Source of the DNA: a virus
Taxonomy: Duplodnaviria > Caudoviricetes
Reading direction: 5' to 3' (one strand)
IMG/VR virus record: IMGVR_UViG_3300017913_001889
Coordinates: 1 to 34,088 of that record
Length of the DNA: 34,088 bases
This document shows, one piece after another, positions 1 through 7,597 of the stretch. The first letter of the stretch is position 1, and every line of letters starts with the position of its first letter. Under the pieces are notes generated by a model, which worked only from the letters and a program-made list of their open reading frames with translations, made no database searches and was not told where the DNA came from. Made by a program: the position numbers and the translations under genes.

Positions 1-269
1 CAGAATGCAATTTCATAGTCAGCAGAAGACATCACGAATTATATGCCGCTTGTCGAGCAGGAATTCCATTCATAGCACTAGATAGTAACAGTTGGAAAAA
101 TCGTGCTCTAACACATCACAGCAACATACCAGTTTTAGATCACATGCCAGCAACATTATCCGAAACACAAAAGTTCGTAAACACTTATCGAGATCAATAC
201 TCAAAGATTTTTGATTGGTTATATTCATATACACTTGAAGATGTGCAAGCACATCTATTGACTCGTTAG
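1..269 (+). CDS. 3' end of polysaccharide pyruvyl transferase-like protein (partial; missing from ORF track)
   Basis: Frame from base 3 is open to TAG at 267-269 and reads ECNFIVSRRHHELYAACRAGIPFIALDSNSWKNRAL...LLTR*. The RxH..x.A...G.PFIAL...S.K pattern is typical of the C-terminus of PS_pyruv_trans family proteins. Confidence 0.7.
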   Translation, partial: ECNFIVSRRHHELYAACRAGIPFIALDSNSWKNRALTHHSNIPVLDHMPATLSETQKFVNTYRDQYSKIFDWLYSYTLEDVQAHLLTR

Positions 270-290
270 CACTCGTCAATATTTTTTTTT
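256..290. other. Hairpin with tandem GA/GA mismatch next to a T9/A9 tract (possible terminator or ssDNA signal)
   Basis: Minus strand reads TATTGAC-GA-GT-GCTA-AC-GA-GTCAATA (256-281). T9 lies at 282-290 on the plus strand, between convergent transcription units. Confidence 0.5.
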
Positions 291-299
291 ATAAAGAAC

Positions 300-696
300 T
301 GTTATAGGTCTTCCTGTAGATTAATTTGGTCAGACGGAACTATTTACAGTCCCGTCTAAATCTTCCTGTGAGTAGCACCGGCCAAGACTTGTTGGAAGTA
401 GGTATTTTATTTTATACACACCTCCATGGGCTCTGACCTTTCCCAACCTACATCGACATCAAAATATAGCTAATAAGCAATAATTTCTACATTATAGCTA
501 ATGCACTATATTTTTACCCGCACTCTCGTTCCTACTTGTACGGTTTTTAGGAGTATTTGTGTTTTCGAACCACAGCAATAGTTCTACACCAACCTACGAC
601 CAATGGGCTTTCACTCAGTGTGTTTCGTGTCTGATTACGTTTTCGTCAGTTTTTCCACAGCGGAATTATAACCGGCCCGCTAACCTTGTGTGCTGT
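300..696 (-). ncRNA. Putative ~400-nt structured non-coding RNA directly downstream of the GIY-YIG gene
   Basis: The region is ORF-free in a gene-dense genome. Stems: 332-341/348-357, 393-399/420-426, 461-469/506-514, 518-523/538-543, 631-649, 659-663/677-681, and long-range 690-694/374-378. The single mismatch in three of these stems is G-U on the minus strand and A-C on the plus strand. Confidence 0.65.
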
Positions 697-1140
697 TTAC
701 TTGTTTTCTTTGAGGATGCCTAAGTTTGTTAAGCCTTCTTGGAGAATTTTACTGCTGCCTACCCGGAGGTTGATGATGCCATTATAGTATTCGTCTGTGA
801 ATAACACTTGCCTGTCGAACTGTTCTTTTGCTTCCAGATAACTCATCAAGCCTCTACTGGAGCAAAAGTACAAGATCTCTCTAGAGAAATTTTCTTCGCC
901 TAATAGTTTTACATCTGCTTTCAGATGATCGTTTGAGCCCCAGTAATCGCGCCAATCGCTTTCTACCGTTCCTCTACGTCGATTCTTTTTGCCCTTGAGA
1001 GGCGGTTTACTTGTTTTAAACTTTGCCAGTTTTTTGCCAACATATTTTCGATTGTTTGTTAGATTAGTTATAAGGTAAACAAAACCTTCGCAGTCTGCGG
1101 GCAGTTCTTCTACTGTTTCGCCTTTATAAGTCCAACTCAT
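697..1140 (-). CDS. Small stand-alone GIY-YIG family endonuclease
   Basis: Shows GFVYLITNLTNNRKYVGKK (GIY-YIG), YWGS, a conserved Glu in YLEAKEQ and YYNG. It is 147 aa with no NUMOD/HTH tail, and has a GAGGA Shine-Dalgarno upstream. Confidence 0.85.
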   Translation of the reverse strand: MSWTYKGETVEELPADCEGFVYLITNLTNNRKYVGKKLAKFKTSKPPLKGKKNRRRGTVESDWRDYWGSNDHLKADVKLLGEENFSREILYFCSSRGLMSYLEAKEQFDRQVLFTDEYYNGIINLRVGSSKILQEGLTNLGILKENK

Positions 1141-1155
1141 ATATTTCCTCGGGGT

Positions 1156-1173
1156 ATGTACTTAGTGCGCACT
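1156..1173 (-). promoter_or_regulatory. Putative phage promoter TAAGTACAT (late-box variant) with adjoining palindrome AGTGCGCACT
   Basis: Minus-strand TAAGTACAT at 1156-1164 ends 15 nt before the ATG. The same 9-mer at the same spacing lies upstream of the sigma gene. A perfect 10-bp palindrome is at 1164-1173. Confidence 0.5.
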
Positions 1174-1195
1174 TTTCTCGAGTAATAAATTCTTA

Positions 1196-2959
1196 TTAAA
1201 CAATGTCAACATCGGTATTGTAGTTAGTAAATCCGTTTTCTTTAATAACTTTTAATATGTTGTGTACACGACCTGCTAGTTCGTCTTTGTGCGAGACCAA
1301 CCACACACTCTTGTGTCTTTCTCGGGCCATTTGTTTTAATAATCCTAGTGCGTTTTCAACACCTGATGTATCCATACCCGAATCAACTAGCTCGTCAATG
1401 AACAACAAGTTGATAGCACCGTACAAGCTCTCCCAAACATCGCGGAAGGCCCAACTCATTGACAGAATAAGTCTGTTACGTTCGCCACGACTCAAGTTAT
1501 CAAAATCCAAATCCCTGCCTAGTTCTTGAATCTCCACACTGAGATCGTTTTGAAAAATCACAGTGTGTGGCAACCCAATGCGGTCCAAGTAGTGTGTTAG
1601 TCTTGCGTTTAGGTAGCTCAAATTTTGATCAATAATGCGTTTACGAACAAAACTGTCTTTGTTGGTTAACAGTTTAAGCAAAAAATCTTGGTGCTCTTGT
1701 AGTTTTGTAAGCTCGTTGATAGTATTGTAGTCTACTTCTTGTAACGCCTGCTGTTTCATATCCTCAATTTGTTCAGTGTAAGGATCTGTTTCTTGCTGTC
1801 TGCTTTCTAATTGCTGCACCAGTGTGTTTAAACTGTTCTGATGTTCGTACGCTTGATCTAGATCATCATAAAAAACTGTTGGGGCTGTGCCTAGCGTTCC
1901 TACTTCGGCAATAGCATCTAGGTGTTCTTGCTCTTGTGTTTGGTTAGAAAGTATTTGCAGTGCTGTTTCTTGTAATGTGTCACGTTTGCCCGCTAGTATT
2001 TCTTCGTGAGCATTATCATGCAAATCCTGTCCGCAAGCATAACACCGATGGCTTTCGAGATCCTCAATTTCTTTTTGCAGTTTTTCGGTTAATCTTTGTA
2101 ATTTATTGTTGTCTTGCTGGATATTGCGAATCCATTTGTTGGCGTCGTCGATGGTTTTCTTGCGGTCGTAGAATGCATCCAACGCTTTGTGCGCACCAAT
2201 CTCATCATCAATATTCACGTGTGCCAGACTTTCGATTGCATTACTAAACTGTGCAATATCTTCTGCTTGTTTCTTTAGCCAAAGCCCGCGGCGATTTTCT
2301 AGACTTTTGATTTGATCTTCAATGCGAGTATTTGCTTCTTGCACTGCACGGATACGCATTTCTTCTTCTTTTTGCGCATCCTTGGTTTGTTTCATTTGTT
2401 CTTTGATAGTATCTGCACGTTCGCTGAGAAGCGTAATGCCCAGTAACTGTTCAATGATAGCACGTTGATCGTTTTGTCTCATGCTCAAAAACGGCTCGGT
2501 GTATGTGTTGAGTGCCAGTACATGTTTAAACATATTGTGACTCATGCCGAACAATTTTTCAATTGCTTGTTGTGTTTCTCGACTGTCGCCCTGACTTTCG
2601 TCTGTGGCTTCTTGTTCGTGATTATCAATATAAAACTTTAGAATGTTAGGTTTACGGCCGCGTTCGATGCGATACTCTTGTCCATTAATACTAAACTCCA
2701 AACTAACCAACATGTTTTTGCTGTTGGTTTTGTTAATTAAGTTATCTTTGCGAATTCGTGTAAGTGCTTCGCCAAATAAAGCATAACTAAGTGCATTGAT
2801 AATAGTGGTTTTGCCGGTGCCGTTGCGACTACCGTCACCACCTAAGTCTAAGTTTTCGCCTAATACAAGTGTAAGGTCTTGTCTATCAAAGTTAATGGCT
2901 TGTGTAGCGTTACCCACACTCATAAAGTTTTTAACTGTAAGGTCTTTTATTTCAATCAT
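1196..2959 (-). CDS. gp46: Recombination exonuclease ATPase subunit, T4 gp46 / SbcC / Rad50-like
   Basis: Has N-terminal KNFMSVGN, Walker A GSRNGTGKT, a coiled coil with zinc hook CYAC, signature LSRGE, Walker B LFIDE and H-loop LVSH. Confidence 0.95.
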   Translation of the reverse strand: MIEIKDLTVKNFMSVGNATQAINFDRQDLTLVLGENLDLGGDGSRNGTGKTTIINALSYALFGEALTRIRKDNLINKTNSKNMLVSLEFSINGQEYRIERGRKPNILKFYIDNHEQEATDESQGDSRETQQAIEKLFGMSHNMFKHVLALNTYTEPFLSMRQNDQRAIIEQLLGITLLSERADTIKEQMKQTKDAQKEEEMRIRAVQEANTRIEDQIKSLENRRGLWLKKQAEDIAQFSNAIESLAHVNIDDEIGAHKALDAFYDRKKTIDDANKWIRNIQQDNNKLQRLTEKLQKEIEDLESHRCYACGQDLHDNAHEEILAGKRDTLQETALQILSNQTQEQEHLDAIAEVGTLGTAPTVFYDDLDQAYEHQNSLNTLVQQLESRQQETDPYTEQIEDMKQQALQEVDYNTINELTKLQEHQDFLLKLLTNKDSFVRKRIIDQNLSYLNARLTHYLDRIGLPHTVIFQNDLSVEIQELGRDLDFDNLSRGERNRLILSMSWAFRDVWESLYGAINLLFIDELVDSGMDTSGVENALGLLKQMARERHKSVWLVSHKDELAGRVHNILKVIKENGFTNYNTDVDIV

Positions 2960-3501
2960 AATGTTATATTGTGATCTCTTGCAATTTGTTGCAATTCTAC
3001 TTCCTGTAGGTTACATAAAGTTTTAAAATTGTGATCAAATTTTTCATAATTTTTTTCCATGTAACTTTTAATATCTTCCAATGATAAGTCGCATATTCGT
3101 TTGATTTCTTTTTCTACTGCTTTGAATCTTTGCATTGGATCTTTAATCTGGTCATATGATTCGTCGATAAAATCGTTGAATGTATAGAACCCTTTTGAAT
3201 GTAAAAGTTCTAAAGTACCAGCAGCTCCTAGTACTATAAACATTCTTTTACAAGCAAACGATCTTAACGTTTTCTCTGAGACATACGCATATGGATAGTT
3301 TACAACAGTTTCTACCACGATGTCAACGGCAATATATTTGTAAAAGTCTGCTTGGTAACGAGTATCAAAGTCGTTAGGTTCGCCGGTAATCATTGGATGC
3401 TTAAAATTTTTACATGCCGGCGGTGTCGCATTTATAGAATCATCTGTAACCCAGTGATCATTGATCCGAGTCTTTGGTGTAATGTTTAGAATGTTAAGCA
3501 T
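2956..3501 (-). CDS. Glycosyltransferase-like protein (resembles GT10/fucosyltransferase C-terminal motif region)
   Basis: IVVET...YVSEKT..F...RMFIVLG..G.L..L...GF.TF..FIDESYD resembles the E..(D)YxxEK donor-binding motif of GT10-type enzymes. Overlaps both neighbours. Confidence 0.5.
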   Translation of the reverse strand: MLNILNITPKTRINDHWVTDDSINATPPACKNFKHPMITGEPNDFDTRYQADFYKYIAVDIVVETVVNYPYAYVSEKTLRSFACKRMFIVLGAAGTLELLHSKGFYTFNDFIDESYDQIKDPMQRFKAVEKEIKRICDLSLEDIKSYMEKNYEKFDHNFKTLCNLQEVELQQIARDHNITL

Positions 3502-4045
3502 CTCTGTCCACAGTAAACGATTTCATAACCTTCTCATTGCGTATGCTTTTAACAACATGATACATTGCATTGCGATGAGACCGTTGAATGTTAATCATGC
3601 AAAGAGCAGGATGGGTAATTGCATCTAAGTTCAACTCAGTATCCAGGTAACCACGTGGACTATAGTGTAGTCGGTCAATGAAAGATTCAATAACCATTGG
3701 TTGATCGTTAGCATCTTTGCAAAGTTGCAAGAGTTCCTGCTCGAGTCCAAAATGATTAGTATAAAATAAAAATACAAAGTTTGGAATGTCCAGCATTTCT
3801 GCAACGGTAAAAAAGTTTCTCAAATATACACCCACAGCACACTCATCAAAATAAAAGTCAGTATCCATATGATCAACAATAATTTTGTCGTTGATATCAT
3901 ACTCAGTTTTTTTCAGTTGGCTTAGGACATTCTTGAGTAAGTCAAAATCATAATCGCATTGATCGAAAGAAATTTCTCCAAGAATATTGTACTTTTTTTG
4001 CAACAACTGATAAACTGGCACAGGTATATTTGAAGTTATGGTCAT
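3494..4045 (-). CDS. Hypothetical protein, possibly the N-terminal partner domain of the downstream GT-like ORF
   Basis: 183-aa ORF overlapping gp47 by 4 nt and the next ORF by 8 nt. Its C-terminal CMINIQRSHR resembles the C-x-x-x-x-x-R-x-H-R motif that precedes the SEK domain in longer phage GT-like proteins. Confidence 0.55.
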   Translation of the reverse strand: MTITSNIPVPVYQLLQKKYNILGEISFDQCDYDFDLLKNVLSQLKKTEYDINDKIIVDHMDTDFYFDECAVGVYLRNFFTVAEMLDIPNFVFLFYTNHFGLEQELLQLCKDANDQPMVIESFIDRLHYSPRGYLDTELNLDAITHPALCMINIQRSHRNAMYHVVKSIRNEKVMKSFTVDRDA

Positions 4046-5058
4046 AGATTATTGTAAATTTCCAGCAATAGCTTGTTATCATAAAATTCACTGTCGATGT
4101 TTGTGATTTGATCAACTACAATTTGATCTACACTTTCGAACACTAGTTCTCCTGGCTGTGCATCATCTTCGAGCGCACTTCGTTTGTTTGGAATAAGTGC
4201 CATTTCTCTAAGATTATAATCTTTAACAAACTTTTCTTTGATAAAGTTTGCTTCTTCATAACTGATATCAATATCCAAGTTTACACGAACATGCATTTTT
4301 GGCTTGAGTATACTGTCTGCATGGTCGATCACAGTACTCAAGTCAAGTACATTATACAACGGTTGATCGGGCCATGCATGATATTCGGGCTCATTGCCCC
4401 ACTCCAGTATCATAGCACCTCGATCTGCATCGCCAGCATCTGAAAAGTTGTGTGGAAAAGCATTACCAATGTAGTGAACATTGCCTTTATTCTGTCGTAA
4501 ATGAAAATGTCCAGAAAACACTTTTTCAAAGTGTCCAAAGTCGTTTATCTTAACCTCACCATGATCGGGCATTTCAACCATAGCATTCATCTTGAAATGC
4601 GGAAGTTCAAAGTGACCAAACATGTATTTGCCTGACAGTTTTGAAAGACGCTTGTGGTCATCTCCTACTAACCAAGGAGCAATCACAGCGTCGCCTTCTA
4701 CAAACCAGTCATTGCAGATGTTAATATTAGGTAAATGCTTTGCCCAGGTTACACCTGTAACATCTCGCTTGTCACGATAGTATAAGTCGTGATTACCTGG
4801 AATGAAGTGTACAACATCAAACGCAGCATTGAGTTTTTCCAGTGCTTCTAAACTTTGGTGCAGTGTATTTAGGTTAATACTGGCACGTTGATGGTGCCAG
4901 TCACCTAAAAACAAACAAGTTTCGCAGTTTTGCTCTTTGGCTAGTTGTATTACCCAATCCACAAACTCCAAACAGTCTTGGTTATGCAAAGCACTGTTTG
5001 ATTTTAATCCAAAATGTATATCTGTAAACGCAATAGCACGTTTGAATAAGTTGCTCAT
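4042..5058 (-). CDS. gp47: Recombination endonuclease subunit, T4 gp47 / SbcD / Mre11-like metallophosphoesterase
   Basis: Has DIHFG, LGDWHH, GNHD, GHFE and SGHFH motifs. Start placed at MSNLF (5058), just after the sigma stop, rather than 5094. Confidence 0.93.
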   Translation of the reverse strand: MSNLFKRAIAFTDIHFGLKSNSALHNQDCLEFVDWVIQLAKEQNCETCLFLGDWHHQRASINLNTLHQSLEALEKLNAAFDVVHFIPGNHDLYYRDKRDVTGVTWAKHLPNINICNDWFVEGDAVIAPWLVGDDHKRLSKLSGKYMFGHFELPHFKMNAMVEMPDHGEVKINDFGHFEKVFSGHFHLRQNKGNVHYIGNAFPHNFSDAGDADRGAMILEWGNEPEYHAWPDQPLYNVLDLSTVIDHADSILKPKMHVRVNLDIDISYEEANFIKEKFVKDYNLREMALIPNKRSALEDDAQPGELVFESVDQIVVDQITNIDSEFYDNKLLLEIYNNL

Positions 5059-5059
5059 A

Positions 5060-5971
5060 TTATGACTCTTCAGGTGGTAATCCGTGTTCTGCATACTCAG
5101 CTAGTGTATTAGCTTCGCGTGAATTTTTAAACTGACGTGTATAACTTGGATTGAGTCCGTTTTGCTCTAATATATCGTCGCGGATGTTTTGATTTTTCTT
5201 TTCCAAGTTAAGTACTCGGGTGAAACTGTTTGTAATAGCCGCGGTATAGTATGCAAACGGATTTTGACTCTTTGCTTCGTTGAATTGCAAACCAATTTGA
5301 CTAAGTTGTAGCAGTGCTTGTCCACGCATTTCGTCGTTGTAAGTATAGCCTCGCCAGTTACTGCGAGTAGCATAACGTTCACACAGTTTAATAAACATGT
5401 GTGCTAGTTTGTTGGTCATCATGCCATGATCTTTGCAAAACTCTCCGTCTTCTAGACTGCCTCTCCAGTGACTCTTGCCTACTAGATACGGTTTTTTATT
5501 TTCGTCAATTCTATAGTGATAAAACGGAGGAAATGGTAATTTGATATAGTTGAGGTCTTGTTTGACATCTTCTATAAGTTCCTGTAAACCATCATCATTT
5601 TCGTCTACATCATCCATTTCTAACAATTCTTCCAGCTTTGACTTTTTCTTTTCCTGCGCTTTTGTTAGTTTTTTTGGCACCTTGGGGATATGCTCCCAGC
5701 ACTCAACACGAAATACTAAATCTGTGTTAGCAATTTTTTTAGGATCTATTACTTCACCTGTTTCTCTTTTGTGTCTATCTGCTTGGTTGCGTCTTGCTTC
5801 TGCAATGCTACGTTGATTGATCTTGTCAACACTAGGTACAATAATATCATACTGATGATCCGAAATAGGATCGCGATAAGAACAATAGGTGTTCTTGCTT
5901 TTATGAATTTCTTTAAGAATATCTCGGTTGTTGAGATAGTTTACTTTTTTTGGTTTTTTGACTTCTGCCAT
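5060..5971 (-). CDS. gp55: Late-transcription sigma factor, T4 gp55-like
   Basis: Has NYLNN(R)DI at the N-terminus and NWRGYTYNDEM...FNEAKSQNPFAYYT, matching gp55 region 2. The gp55-gp47-gp46 order is T4-like. Start at 5971 follows a GGAGA SD. Confidence 0.85.
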   Translation of the reverse strand: MAEVKKPKKVNYLNNRDILKEIHKSKNTYCSYRDPISDHQYDIIVPSVDKINQRSIAEARRNQADRHKRETGEVIDPKKIANTDLVFRVECWEHIPKVPKKLTKAQEKKKSKLEELLEMDDVDENDDGLQELIEDVKQDLNYIKLPFPPFYHYRIDENKKPYLVGKSHWRGSLEDGEFCKDHGMMTNKLAHMFIKLCERYATRSNWRGYTYNDEMRGQALLQLSQIGLQFNEAKSQNPFAYYTAAITNSFTRVLNLEKKNQNIRDDILEQNGLNPSYTRQFKNSREANTLAEYAEHGLPPEES

Positions 5972-5986
5972 TATTTTCTCCATAGG

Positions 5987-6022
5987 ATGTACTTATTATA
6001 CTGGTTTGAGTAGGTTTGTCAA
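5987..6022 (-). promoter_or_regulatory. Consensus sigma70 promoter (TTGACA-N16-TATAAT) with an overlapping TAAGTACAT box
   Basis: Minus-strand TTGACA at 6017-6022, TATAAT at 5995-6000 and TAAGTACAT at 5987-5995. Confidence 0.8.
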
Positions 6023-6048
6023 TCATTAAGTTAGCCGTTTTTAGAAGC

Positions 6049-6056
6049 CATAAATA
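6049..6056 (+). promoter_or_regulatory. T4-type late promoter (CATAAATA) for the baseplate operon
   Basis: One mismatch from TATAAATA. Followed by an AGGAGA SD and the GTG start at 6074. The context GCCATAAATA is repeated at 13572-13581. Confidence 0.7.
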
Positions 6057-6073
6057 ACACATAGGAGAATAGC

Positions 6074-7597
6074 GTGGCAAGCCAGCAAGAATTACAAGCA
6101 CTAGAAAAACAAAGAAGAAGTATACAACGAGCACTGGGAAACCAGAAAAGTGTCCTGGCGCCTTTAGAAAACAAAGTAAACAAAGGTACTACTTTGTCTC
6201 CTACTGAAACACAACTATACGACAACACAAAAAATGCGATTACTGCATTAGAAACCAGTTTAGTAAATGTTAGAGCTGAAATTGTTGAAATGAAAACAGC
6301 ATTAGGAAGATATGTTCCTAATAACCAAACTCCAAATGCTGCTGACGTAGTAGACCAAGATCCTTTTGCTACAGGTGCAGATGTAACCGATACTGTGCCA
6401 GAAACTGTAATTCGTCGTGATAGTATTACCCAACAGGTAGGGCAAGATACTATTAATGCCAGTAGTCTTGATCTAAACACTGTGCGTCAGTACAGTCAAG
6501 CAGAACTAAGCAGTTTATTAAACAGTACATATCAAGCAATTAACACTATTGATGCTTTGCCAACTAGGCAACGTAATACACCAGCAAATCAACAAGCGAG
6601 AGCAACACTACAAGCAAATTACGATATTTTAGAAGCAGAAACTACTCGAAGAGCTAATGCTGGCCAAGCTGTAGGTCCAGTAAAGACTGCACCAGCACCA
6701 GTGCAACAAATTGAAATCGATGATGCAGACGACCCTGTAGAGCCGGTGACTTTGCCTGAAGAGCCGGCACAAGCTAACAATGCAGCCCTACAAAGACTAC
6801 GTCAACAAAGCATAGTAAAACAAACAAGAGGCGACAGACCAGGCGACTGGCGTGTCAAACTAAGACTAGGCAGCGGATCTCAAAATTTTTATAAATCGTC
6901 CAATCCTGGTTTGTTAGAACCATTGCGAGCAACTGACGGTATTGTATTCCCTTATACTCCGAGTATTCAAACAATGTACTCTGCAGAATACAACCCTTAT
7001 CACCCTACGCATAGCAACTATCAACATTATTTTTACAAAGGTAGTCGTGTAACAGAAGTTCTTGTTACAGGAGCATTTACAGCCCAAGACACTCAAGAAG
7101 CAAACTATATGCTAGCAGTGATACATTTCTTAAAAAGCGCAAGCAAAATGTTTTACGGACAAGACAAAGAACGAGGAAGTCCTCCTCCGTTACTATTCTT
7201 TAGTGGGCTAGGAGATTATCAATTTAACGAAGCACCGTGTGTTATAACACAATTTAATTATATTTTGCCAGATGATGTTGATTACATTAGAGCAAAAGTT
7301 GGACAAATTCCACCAGGCAGTTTACAAAGCGATTTGAGAAATCAATTTACAAATGGTGCATCGTGGAGCAGTAGTACAAACAGATTGTTAAACAGCAATT
7401 TATCTAATGCTGTTGATAGCGAGCCTTTTAAAACGTCAAGGCCGGTAACATTAGGCAGTGACGATGCTAGTTATGTGCCTACAAAAATGGAAATTACAAT
7501 ATCATTGTTGCCGGTACAAAACAGACTACAGGTCAGCGAAGGATTTAGTCTTCGTGACTATGCAAATGGTAAATTAATCAAAGGAGGCTTCTGGTAA
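6074..7597 (+). CDS. Baseplate/tail-tube initiator-like protein (gp48/gp54 or CIS tube-like) with long N-terminal helical extension
   Basis: C-terminal half has DWRVKL, IVFPYTP, GSPPPLLFFSGLG and PCVITQFNYILPDDVDYI, a tube-fold initiator pattern. It directly precedes the gp53-like gene. GTG start with SD. Confidence 0.6.
   Translation: MASQQELQALEKQRRSIQRALGNQKSVLAPLENKVNKGTTLSPTETQLYDNTKNAITALETSLVNVRAEIVEMKTALGRYVPNNQTPNAADVVDQDPFATGADVTDTVPETVIRRDSITQQVGQDTINASSLDLNTVRQYSQAELSSLLNSTYQAINTIDALPTRQRNTPANQQARATLQANYDILEAETTRRANAGQAVGPVKTAPAPVQQIEIDDADDPVEPVTLPEEPAQANNAALQRLRQQSIVKQTRGDRPGDWRVKLRLGSGSQNFYKSSNPGLLEPLRATDGIVFPYTPSIQTMYSAEYNPYHPTHSNYQHYFYKGSRVTEVLVTGAFTAQDTQEANYMLAVIHFLKSASKMFYGQDKERGSPPPLLFFSGLGDYQFNEAPCVITQFNYILPDDVDYIRAKVGQIPPGSLQSDLRNQFTNGASWSSSTNRLLNSNLSNAVDSEPFKTSRPVTLGSDDASYVPTKMEITISLLPVQNRLQVSEGFSLRDYANGKLIKGGFW

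Noticed and set aside
70-279. 69-aa minus-strand ORF from the track
   Set aside because: It is the antisense shadow of the plus-strand pyruvyl-transferase-like 3' end, which has recognisable motifs.
341-348. TGTAAATA late-box-like sequence in the loop of the RNA's 3' hairpin (minus strand)
   Set aside because: No gene lies downstream on that strand, and such a match is likely by chance in AT-rich DNA.
380-440. Group I intron-like core: GGUCAGAGCCCA resembles the R element, AAGUCUUGGCC resembles S, next to a GIY-YIG gene
   Set aside because: The P7 pairing would contain a mismatch, no P/Q elements were found, and there is no interrupted host gene. Worth a cmscan, but not callable.
300-696. 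tRNA, tmRNA, RNase P RNA or CRISPR array
   Set aside because: No cloverleaf, no GAGGAAAGUCC core, and the repeats are only 7-9 nt, in pairs and irregularly spaced.
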